Position numbers and translations under genes: made by a program
Notes under the pieces: model-generated
Told to the model about the DNA's origin: nothing
The model's input: the letters and a program-made list of their open reading frames with translations, nothing else
Database searches by the model: none
Assembly: GCA_963705295.1 (NCBI GenBank)
Contig: OY970065.1
Coordinates: 1,664,001-1,728,000 of the forward strand
Direction of reading: 5' to 3'
DNA: 64,000 nt
Source: Parachlamydiales bacterium
GTDB taxonomy: Bacteria > Chlamydiota > Chlamydiia > Chlamydiales > Rhabdochlamydiaceae
Shown here: positions 56,486-64,000 of the stretch, in pieces
Numbering within the stretch: position 1 is the first letter of the stretch
Layout of the letters: each line of letters begins with the position of its first letter

Positions 56486-58762
56486 TTATGCAGAAGCCAA
56501 CTTTGTTTTTTCACGTGACTTTTCATAAATGAGGTCCTGAAGTTCATAACTTCCAAATCCAATTTCGAAAATTTTACCATTGCTGGCCCTTACGTCAGCC
56601 CCTGCAGCCAAGAGAGCTTGTCCAATTCTTAGATGTCCATTTCTGGAAGCATACATTAAAGCATTCCAACCATCACAATTCAAATCATTTACACGAGCTC
56701 CTAACCCTATGAGAAGCTCGACAGTAGCCAACTGTCCATTTTCTGAGGCCTCCATAAGGGGGGTTAGTTCCCGCTCACCTTTTGCATTCACATCAACTCC
56801 TTTGGAGACCAACAAACGTATGATCTCTGTCTGTCTATTTTTACAAGCAGCATGAATCTCTCGATCATGATTACGTCTTTCAGGGGACTGAGGTTCTACA
56901 GAACTGACTTCAGCTCCTAGAGAAAAAAGAGCTTTTACAAATTCAAGATGCCCTTGTTCGCAAGCCACGCGCAGAGGACCTGGTTGACATATTTCACATT
57001 TAATATCGACCCCTTTTTCAACAAGCTCATGCAACTTTTTTGTATCGCCTAATTTGGCTGCTTTCATTAAAGCATCTTCATCTAATTCACGGAGAGAGCG
57101 TAAATGTTGTCTCACCTCGAATAATCTACTTGCTTTTGTCATTTCATACGCACTCTCTCCGTCTTTATTTTTAAGACGATAATCCGCTCCTCTTCTTAAA
57201 AGCTCCTGCACACCTTTGAAATGACCCCCCTTGGCACACAGCATAAAAGATGTATTGCCACTAAACCTGTCTCGCGCATTCAGATCAGCCCCCCTATCCA
57301 GAAGCAATTCCATCATTTCGACATGCCCTTTTTCTGAAACTCCTAAAAGTGCTGCATTTAAAGCTTCTTGCTTTGTAACTTTAGGATCTTGTGTATCTAA
57401 AAGTGCTCTAACGGCATTTGGTCGACCAAGCTTAGAAATTTTTATGAGTGTCTCGGGTGTAAAAGATGCTCCCCCTTTAAGAAGTCTCCGCATGACTTCC
57501 ATGTGTTCATTTTCCATAGCTAAAAATAGAGGCGTCTTTTCATCGAGATCTTTCTTTTCAAGATCTGCCCCATAGATCATTAAAATTTCAACGATCGTTT
57601 CATGACCCATTGAAGCCGCGAGTGAAAGAGCCGTTTCACCAAAACGATTACATGCGTTGACATCGGCTCCCTTGACTAAAAGTAAAATCACAGCTGCTAG
57701 ATGGCCGTGACAAGATGCCTCGATAAGAGCTGTAAAATGATTATGATTGAAAGTATTTACATTTACACCCGCATCTAAACGAGCTCGTAACTCATTGATA
57801 TCACCCCTATAAGCCGCCGCAAAAAATTTCTTCGTATTTTCATCAAACTTTTGCAGAGTATAAGGAATTGAAGTTCGGTTTGGAGCAGCCGCAGGCGAAG
57901 AACGACCATAAAACTGACGCATGGATTCTTCAAGTTCCCTTCTCACCTCAGCTCCAGAATCGGGGGAACTACCACCTTTGGAATCAACGCGTATTCCCTT
58001 CTTATAAAGGTAATCTTTGAGTAACCGCTTAATTTCATTGTCTGACACCTCCTGATTTAATAGATCTATTATTTTACTTGGATTTATCACCTTTGCTTCA
58101 TTGAGAAAGGTTTCGACCATCGCTACATAGCGTATTGTACAAGCATGGCTCAGGGGAGACCCCCCTAATATTCCTTCCAAATCGACATCAGCACCTGCTT
58201 GTAGAAGTACTCTAGCTACGTCTATTTTGAAAAATATCACTGCATACATTAAAGCCGAATGGCAGAGGGGGACTCTAATATTCACATTTGCTCCAGCTGC
58301 TAAGAGAAGTCTCACGGCTTCAACATGGCCAAATTGAGCCGCCTGTATCAAAGCAGGTGTTTTAAGATAACGGTCCTCAATATTTGCTCCTGCCTTTAGT
58401 AAAGCTAACATAACTTCCAAAAACCCTTTTCTGGACGCAAGCATCAAGGGTGTAGAGCCTTCTGAATCCCGAGCATTCACATTTGCACCTAGAAGAATCA
58501 TACGTTTGACCTCTTTAGTATCTCCTAGAGTTGCAGCCTTTATTAGAGCTTCCGTATGAGATTTAAGAAGACTTATCTTTCTACTCTGTAAACAAATATA
58601 ACCGGATGTTATCGCGGTAATACCTGCAAAAATAACCATGATCACTTCGGTCCCAAAAAACAGAAACATGCATTCGGGTGAATCGCTTACTATCCCTCTA
58701 CACCACCATCTGCTTATCTGCGTATTCCATTCAACTGGGGATTGTAAAAGACGTATGGCCAT
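56486..58762 (-). CDS. Ankyrin-repeat protein with N-terminal hydrophobic segment (paralogue A)
   Basis: Many GADVNA/TPLM.AS repeats. Confidence 0.9.
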   Translation of the reverse strand: MAIRLLQSPVEWNTQISRWWCRGIVSDSPECMFLFFGTEVIMVIFAGITAITSGYICLQSRKISLLKSHTEALIKAATLGDTKEVKRMILLGANVNARDSEGSTPLMLASRKGFLEVMLALLKAGANIEDRYLKTPALIQAAQFGHVEAVRLLLAAGANVNIRVPLCHSALMYAVIFFKIDVARVLLQAGADVDLEGILGGSPLSHACTIRYVAMVETFLNEAKVINPSKIIDLLNQEVSDNEIKRLLKDYLYKKGIRVDSKGGSSPDSGAEVRRELEESMRQFYGRSSPAAAPNRTSIPYTLQKFDENTKKFFAAAYRGDINELRARLDAGVNVNTFNHNHFTALIEASCHGHLAAVILLLVKGADVNACNRFGETALSLAASMGHETIVEILMIYGADLEKKDLDEKTPLFLAMENEHMEVMRRLLKGGASFTPETLIKISKLGRPNAVRALLDTQDPKVTKQEALNAALLGVSEKGHVEMMELLLDRGADLNARDRFSGNTSFMLCAKGGHFKGVQELLRRGADYRLKNKDGESAYEMTKASRLFEVRQHLRSLRELDEDALMKAAKLGDTKKLHELVEKGVDIKCEICQPGPLRVACEQGHLEFVKALFSLGAEVSSVEPQSPERRNHDREIHAACKNRQTEIIRLLVSKGVDVNAKGERELTPLMEASENGQLATVELLIGLGARVNDLNCDGWNALMYASRNGHLRIGQALLAAGADVRASNGKIFEIGFGSYELQDLIYEKSREKTKLASA

Positions 58763-58846
58763 TTAACCTTCCTTTTCTAAAGACTTTAATTTTTCTGCGG
58801 CCTAGATAATCTAGTAAATACTTTGATGATACCCACATCATTGCAC

Positions 58847-61159
58847 CTATCTTTTTATAGCTTCAAGCAGAAGCCTGGGCCAACTTTGTTTTTCACGTGA
58901 CTTTTTATAAATGAGGTCCCGAAGCTCATCATTCCCAAACACATTTTCGAAAATTTTACCATTGCTGGCCCATACGTCAGCCCCAGCAGCCAAGAGAGCT
59001 TGTCCAATTCTTAGATGTCCATTTCTGGAAGCATACATTAAAGCATTCCAACCATCAGAATTCAAATCATTTATACGAGCTCCTAACCCTATGAGAAGTT
59101 CGACAGTAGCCAAATTATCTCGCCCTCTTGAAGCATATATAAGAGGGGTCGATTCATCCTCGCCTTTAGCATTCACGTCAACACCTTTTGAGACTAACAA
59201 TCGTATGATTTCTGTATGTCCCCTATAAGAAGCAATATGAATCTCTCGATCATAATAACGTCTTCCATAGGACGGTGGGACTACAGGATGGACTTCAGCT
59301 CCTAGAGAAAAAAGAGCTTTTACAAATTCAAGATGCCCTTGTTCGCAAGCCACGCGCAGAGGACCTGGTTGACATATTTCACATTTAATATCGACCCCTT
59401 TTTCAACAAGTTCATGCAACTTTTGTGTATCGCCTAATTTGGCTGCTTTCATTAAAGCATCTTCATCTAATTCACGGAGAGAGCGTAAATGCTCTCTCAC
59501 CTCGGATGACCCTCTTGCTTTTGCCATTTCATATGCACTCTTTCCGTCTTTATTTTTAAGACGATAATCCGCTCCTCTTCTTGAAAGCTCCTGTACTCCT
59601 TTGAAATGACCCTCCTTAACACACAGCATAAAAGACGTATTGCCAAATATGTCTCGCGCATTCATATCAGCTCCCCTATCCAGAAGCAATTCTACCATTT
59701 CGACCAGCCCTTTTTCTGAAACCCCTAAAAGTGCTGCATTTAAAGCTTCTTGCTTTGTAACTTTAGAATACACTGTTTCTAACAACATATCTAAAAGTAC
59801 TCCAACGGCATTTGGTCGACCAAGCTTAGAAATTTTTATGAGTGTCTCGGGTGTAAAAGATGCACCCCCTTTAAGAAGTCTTCGCATGACTTCCATGTGT
59901 TCTTTTTCCATAGCTAAAAATAGAGGCGTCTTTTCATCGAGATCTTTCTTTTCAAGATCTGCCCCATTGATCATTAAAATTTGAACGATTGTTTCATGAC
60001 CCATTGAAGCAGCGAGTGAGAGGGCCGTTTCACCAAAACGATTACATGCGTTGACATCGGCTCCCTTGCCTATAAGTAAAAGCACAGCTGCTAGATGGCC
60101 GTGACAAGACGCCTCCATCAAGGCTGTGGCATGATTATGATTGAAAGTATTTACATTTACACCCGCATCTAAACGAGCTCGTAACTCATTGATATCACCC
60201 CTATAAGCCGCCGCAAAAAATTTCTCCGTGTTTTCATCAAACTTTTCCAGAGTATAGGGGATTGAAGTTCGATTTGGAGCAGCCGCAGGCGAAGAACGAC
60301 CATAAAACTGTCGCATGGATTCTTCAAGCTCCCTTTTCACCTCAGTTCCAGTATCGCTGGAACTACCCCCTACGGAATCAACGCGTATTCCCTTCTTATA
60401 CAGGTAATCTTTGAGTAACCGCTTAATTTCAGTGTCTGACACCAGATTTAATAGACCTATTATTTTACGTGGATTTATCACCTTTGCTTCATTAAGAAAG
60501 GTTTCGACCATCGCTATACCGGAAATTGTACAAGCGTAGCTCAGAGGAGACCCTCCTATTGTTCCTTCCAAATCGACATCAGCGCCTGCTTGTAGAAGAG
60601 CTCTAGCTACTTCTATTTTACGATATATCACTGCATACATTAAAGCCGTATTGCAGAAGGAGATATTAACATTTGCTCCAGCTGCTAAGAGAAGTCTCAC
60701 GGCTTCCACGTGGCCAAATTGAGCCGCCTCTATCAAAGCAGGTTTTTTAAGATAACTTTCCTCAATATTTGCTCCTGCCTTTAGTAAAGCTAACATAACT
60801 TCCAAAAACCCTTTTCTGGACGCAAGCATCAAGGGTGTATAGCCTTCTGAATCCCGAGCATTCACATTTGCACCTAGAAGAATCATACGTTTCACTTCTT
60901 TAGTATCTCCTAGAGTTGCGGCCTTTATTAAAGCTTCCGTATGAGATTTTAGAAGACTTATCTTTCTACTCTGTAAACAAGTATAAGCAGACCTTATCGC
61001 AGGAATACCTGCAACAGTAACCATCCACAACACTTCGGCCGCAAAAAAATTAAACATGCATCTAGATTCGGGATATGAATCGCTTACTATCCCTCTACAC
61101 CACCATCTGCATATCTGCGTATTCCATTCAACTGGGGATTGGAAAAGACGTATGGCCAT
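58847..61159 (-). CDS. Ankyrin-repeat protein with N-terminal hydrophobic segment (paralogue B)
   Basis: Collinear with and highly similar to paralogue A, including upstream DNA. Confidence 0.9.
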   Translation of the reverse strand: MAIRLFQSPVEWNTQICRWWCRGIVSDSYPESRCMFNFFAAEVLWMVTVAGIPAIRSAYTCLQSRKISLLKSHTEALIKAATLGDTKEVKRMILLGANVNARDSEGYTPLMLASRKGFLEVMLALLKAGANIEESYLKKPALIEAAQFGHVEAVRLLLAAGANVNISFCNTALMYAVIYRKIEVARALLQAGADVDLEGTIGGSPLSYACTISGIAMVETFLNEAKVINPRKIIGLLNLVSDTEIKRLLKDYLYKKGIRVDSVGGSSSDTGTEVKRELEESMRQFYGRSSPAAAPNRTSIPYTLEKFDENTEKFFAAAYRGDINELRARLDAGVNVNTFNHNHATALMEASCHGHLAAVLLLIGKGADVNACNRFGETALSLAASMGHETIVQILMINGADLEKKDLDEKTPLFLAMEKEHMEVMRRLLKGGASFTPETLIKISKLGRPNAVGVLLDMLLETVYSKVTKQEALNAALLGVSEKGLVEMVELLLDRGADMNARDIFGNTSFMLCVKEGHFKGVQELSRRGADYRLKNKDGKSAYEMAKARGSSEVREHLRSLRELDEDALMKAAKLGDTQKLHELVEKGVDIKCEICQPGPLRVACEQGHLEFVKALFSLGAEVHPVVPPSYGRRYYDREIHIASYRGHTEIIRLLVSKGVDVNAKGEDESTPLIYASRGRDNLATVELLIGLGARINDLNSDGWNALMYASRNGHLRIGQALLAAGADVWASNGKIFENVFGNDELRDLIYKKSREKQSWPRLLLEAIKR

Positions 61160-61223
61160 TTAACCTTCTTCCTTTTTTAAAGACTTTAATTTTTGACACG
61201 TTTCCTCAATGAGGGTGGTGAGT

Positions 61224-64000
61224 TTAGAATAAGATAGCTTTAGCTTCGTTACTGATTTCAGCCCCAGCATCCAGAAGGGTTTTTGCGACAGACCGATGTC
61301 TCCCTTTAACAGCACATTTTAAAGCATTCCATCCACCACGATCCAGATCATTTACACTAGCCCCTGATTTAAGAAGAAACTCAACAGTCGTTAAATGCCC
61401 ATTTCCGGAGGCACACATCAATGCCGTATGACCATATTCAACTTTATCATTTACACCAGCTCCCGCTTCTTGAAGAACTTTTGCAACATCGAGATGACCT
61501 CCAATAGAAGCATGCATTAGAGCATTCTGGCCATGGCAATCAAAATCATTTATGCGTGCGCCTGATTTAAGTAGAAAATTGACAGTAGTTAAACGGCTAT
61601 TTTCGGAGGCACACATGAGTGATGTTTTCTTCCATCTACCTTTAGCATTCACATCAGCTCCCGCTTCTAGCAAAGCTTTTACGACTTCTTGATGCCCCCC
61701 TATAGAAGCATACATTAAAGCATTCCACTCTTCAGTAGTATTCAGTTCATCTACACGAGCACCTGATTTAAGAAGAAACTGAACGGTGGTCAAATGACCA
61801 TTTTCAGAGGCACACATAAGTGGGGTGCAATTTCGTCCGTTTTTAGCATGTACGTCAGCTCTTTTGGAAACTAATAATTCTACGATGTCTCTATATCCCT
61901 TTTCAGAAGCAATATGAATTGCAGTAGAACGTCCAGCATTCACTATAGCTCCAGCTTCTAGGAGAACTTTTGCAACATTTAAATGTCCATTTTCGGAAGC
62001 ATGCATTAGAGCATTTTGCCCTCCAAGATCGAATGTATTTACAGATGCGCCTGAATTAAGAAGATGCTCAACAGTCGTTAAATGTCCATTTTGTGAAGCG
62101 TAAATTAGCGGAGTACTTCGGCTACCTTTAGCATTTACATCAGCTCCTTTCTCTAGGAGAACTTTTGTAACACTTAGGTGACCCCCTTTAGAAGCATGCA
62201 TTAGAGAATTCTGTTCCCAATAATCCAAATCATTTATACGTGCACCTGATTTAAGAAGAAGCTCAACGGTCGTTAAATGTCCATTTTTTGAAGCAAGTAT
62301 AAGGAGGGTTTGGGCCCACTCCCCTCTAGCATTCTCATCAGCTCCTGCCTCTAGGAGAACTCTTACCAATTCAGTATCCCCTCTTTCACAAGCCCTTAAC
62401 ATTAAACCATTTTTCTGTTCATTAGATTTCAGGTCATTAACATGTGCACCCATTTGAAGAAGAAGCTCGACGGTAGTCAGATGTCCACTTTCTGAAGCAA
62501 GCATAACTGGGGTTCGGCCCCACTCGCCTTTAGCATTCACGTCGGCCCCTTTGGAGACTAACAATCGTACGATATCTGTATGTCCATTTTTAGAAGCAGC
62601 GTGAATCTCTCGATCCTCACAACGTCTTTCAGGGGAGTGCGGTTCCACAGGGCTGACTACAACTCCTAGAGAAAAAAGGGCTCTAACAAATTCTAAATGC
62701 CCTTTTTTGCAAGCCCACTGCAAAGGACCTGGTGGATAAAGTTCACATTTAATATCGATTCCTTTTTCGACAAGCTCGTGCAACTTGTTTGTATCGCCTT
62801 CATCGGCTGCTTGCATTAAAGCATCTTGATCTGCTTCACGGAGAGCACGTAAAAGCATCCATATCCCCGAGTAGCCACTTTGTTTTGCTATTTCATACGC
62901 AGTCTCACCGTGTTTATTTTTACGACGATGATCAGCTCCCCTCCTTACAAGCTCCTGAACAGCTTCGAAATGGCCCCGATTAGCGCAACACATGATAGAT
63001 GTATTGTCAAGTATGTCTCTCGCATTAATATCAGCTCCTTTATCCAAAAGCAGTCCCATCGTTTCGACTTGCCCATTTTCTGAAGCGCTTAAAAATGCTT
63101 TGTTTAAAACTTCTGGTTCTTTGGCTTTAGGATCTTGTGTACTTAAAAGGTCTCTAACGGCATTCATTCGACCTAGCTTAGAAATTTTTGCGAGTGTATC
63201 AGGTGTAAAAGATGCACCACCTTCCAGAAGTATTCGCATGACTTTAGTTCTATCATTTACCATAGCTAAGAGTAGAGGTGTCTTGTGATCGAGATCTTCC
63301 TTTTCAAGATCCGCCCTATAGATCATTAAAATTCGAACGATGGTTTCATGACCCATTAAAACGGCAAGTGAAAGGGCCGTTTCACCAAAACGATTACACG
63401 CGTTGATATCGGCTCCCTTGCCTAAAAGTAAAATCACAGCTGCTAGATGACCGTGACAAGATGCCTCCATGAGAGCCGTAAAATGATTATGATTATATGT
63501 ATTCACAGCAACAAGACCTGCTTTGATCAGGTCACGTAATTCATTGACATCACCACTATAAGCCGCCGTAAAAAATTTCTCCGTGTTTTCATCAAACTTT
63601 TCCAGGGTATAGGGGATTGAAGTCGATCGTTTTGGATTAGCAGTAACAGTAGAAAGACCATAAATGTGTCCCATTGTATTTCTCACTGTTTCCCTAATGT
63701 TTCTATCTAAATCAGGTTTAGGGTCGCCCTTTCTCTTGGACAGATAAGCCCTTAGGGACTCGACTGGTAATCCCTTCTTAGAGAGGTAATCTTCGAGTAC
63801 TCCTTCAGTTGCATTGTTAAACACTCCTTGACTCAATATATCAATGATTTTACTTGTATTGATCACCTTAGCTTCATTGAGAAGGGTTTCGACCATCTCT
63901 ACATTGGGAGACATTTTACAAGCATAGCTCAGAGGAGACCCTAATGTTCCTTCCAAATCAACATCAGCACCTGCTTGGAGAAGGACTCTAACCAACTCAA
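61224..64000 (-). CDS. Ankyrin-repeat protein (paralogue C, 5' end outside window) with expanded C-terminal repeats
   Basis: Shares TSIPYTLEKFDENT and NHNHFTAL blocks with A/B; extra two-ankyrin units; frame is open to the window end. Confidence 0.9.
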   Translation of the reverse strand, partial: ELVRVLLQAGADVDLEGTLGSPLSYACKMSPNVEMVETLLNEAKVINTSKIIDILSQGVFNNATEGVLEDYLSKKGLPVESLRAYLSKRKGDPKPDLDRNIRETVRNTMGHIYGLSTVTANPKRSTSIPYTLEKFDENTEKFFTAAYSGDVNELRDLIKAGLVAVNTYNHNHFTALMEASCHGHLAAVILLLGKGADINACNRFGETALSLAVLMGHETIVRILMIYRADLEKEDLDHKTPLLLAMVNDRTKVMRILLEGGASFTPDTLAKISKLGRMNAVRDLLSTQDPKAKEPEVLNKAFLSASENGQVETMGLLLDKGADINARDILDNTSIMCCANRGHFEAVQELVRRGADHRRKNKHGETAYEIAKQSGYSGIWMLLRALREADQDALMQAADEGDTNKLHELVEKGIDIKCELYPPGPLQWACKKGHLEFVRALFSLGVVVSPVEPHSPERRCEDREIHAASKNGHTDIVRLLVSKGADVNAKGEWGRTPVMLASESGHLTTVELLLQMGAHVNDLKSNEQKNGLMLRACERGDTELVRVLLEAGADENARGEWAQTLLILASKNGHLTTVELLLKSGARINDLDYWEQNSLMHASKGGHLSVTKVLLEKGADVNAKGSRSTPLIYASQNGHLTTVEHLLNSGASVNTFDLGGQNALMHASENGHLNVAKVLLEAGAIVNAGRSTAIHIASEKGYRDIVELLVSKRADVHAKNGRNCTPLMCASENGHLTTVQFLLKSGARVDELNTTEEWNALMYASIGGHQEVVKALLEAGADVNAKGRWKKTSLMCASENSRLTTVNFLLKSGARINDFDCHGQNALMHASIGGHLDVAKVLQEAGAGVNDKVEYGHTALMCASGNGHLTTVEFLLKSGASVNDLDRGGWNALKCAVKGRHRSVAKTLLDAGAEISNEAKAILF

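Noticed and set aside
56486..64000. Diversity-generating retroelement acting on the ankyrin paralogues
   Set aside because: No reverse transcriptase in the window and the differences are not adenine-specific; ordinary duplication explains them

Overview
This 64-kb window almost certainly comes from an environmental member of the Chlamydiota. It carries the Slc1/CT043 T3SS chaperone and interleaved homologues of two Chlamydia gene blocks: CT250-259 (dnaA, yidC, lgt, CT253, CAAX protease, two CBS/CNNM genes, iscS, PP2C) and CT038-045 (ftsB-like, dcd, ruvB, spoIID-like, glgX, slc1, ssb, pepA). The backbone also holds menE, pagL, waaC-like, a POT transporter, rluA-family, yacL-like, acpS and the SRP RNA. 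Accessory genes are inserted into it: three toxin-antitoxin modules (AbrB/Doc, RelE-like/HTH, toxin-first AbiEii/AbiEi), a DUF4143 ATPase, a membrane-anchored NB-ARC-TPR (NLR-like) protein, a secreted serpin, an F-box protein, ankyrin/TPR/Sel1/LRR repeat effector candidates (including a tandem ankyrin paralogue array), and two palindromic MITE/REP-like elements. Top observations: (1) a LysE exporter + 2OG-Fe(II) oxygenase + AlaX tRNA-editing cassette that looks like a make/export/self-protect module for a non-proteinogenic amino acid; (2) C-rich/G-poor recoding at the 3' ends of many core transcription units on both strands, suggesting Rho-utilisation sites written into synonymous codons; (3) a ~100-bp duplication of the menE 3' end bracketing the AbrB/Doc cassette; (4) a signal-peptide-bearing TrxR-thioredoxin fusion lacking the NADPH motif; (5) apparently leaderless toxin-first TA operons; (6) a probable CTG start for pepA. 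All calls come from motif recognition by eye; no database searches were run.
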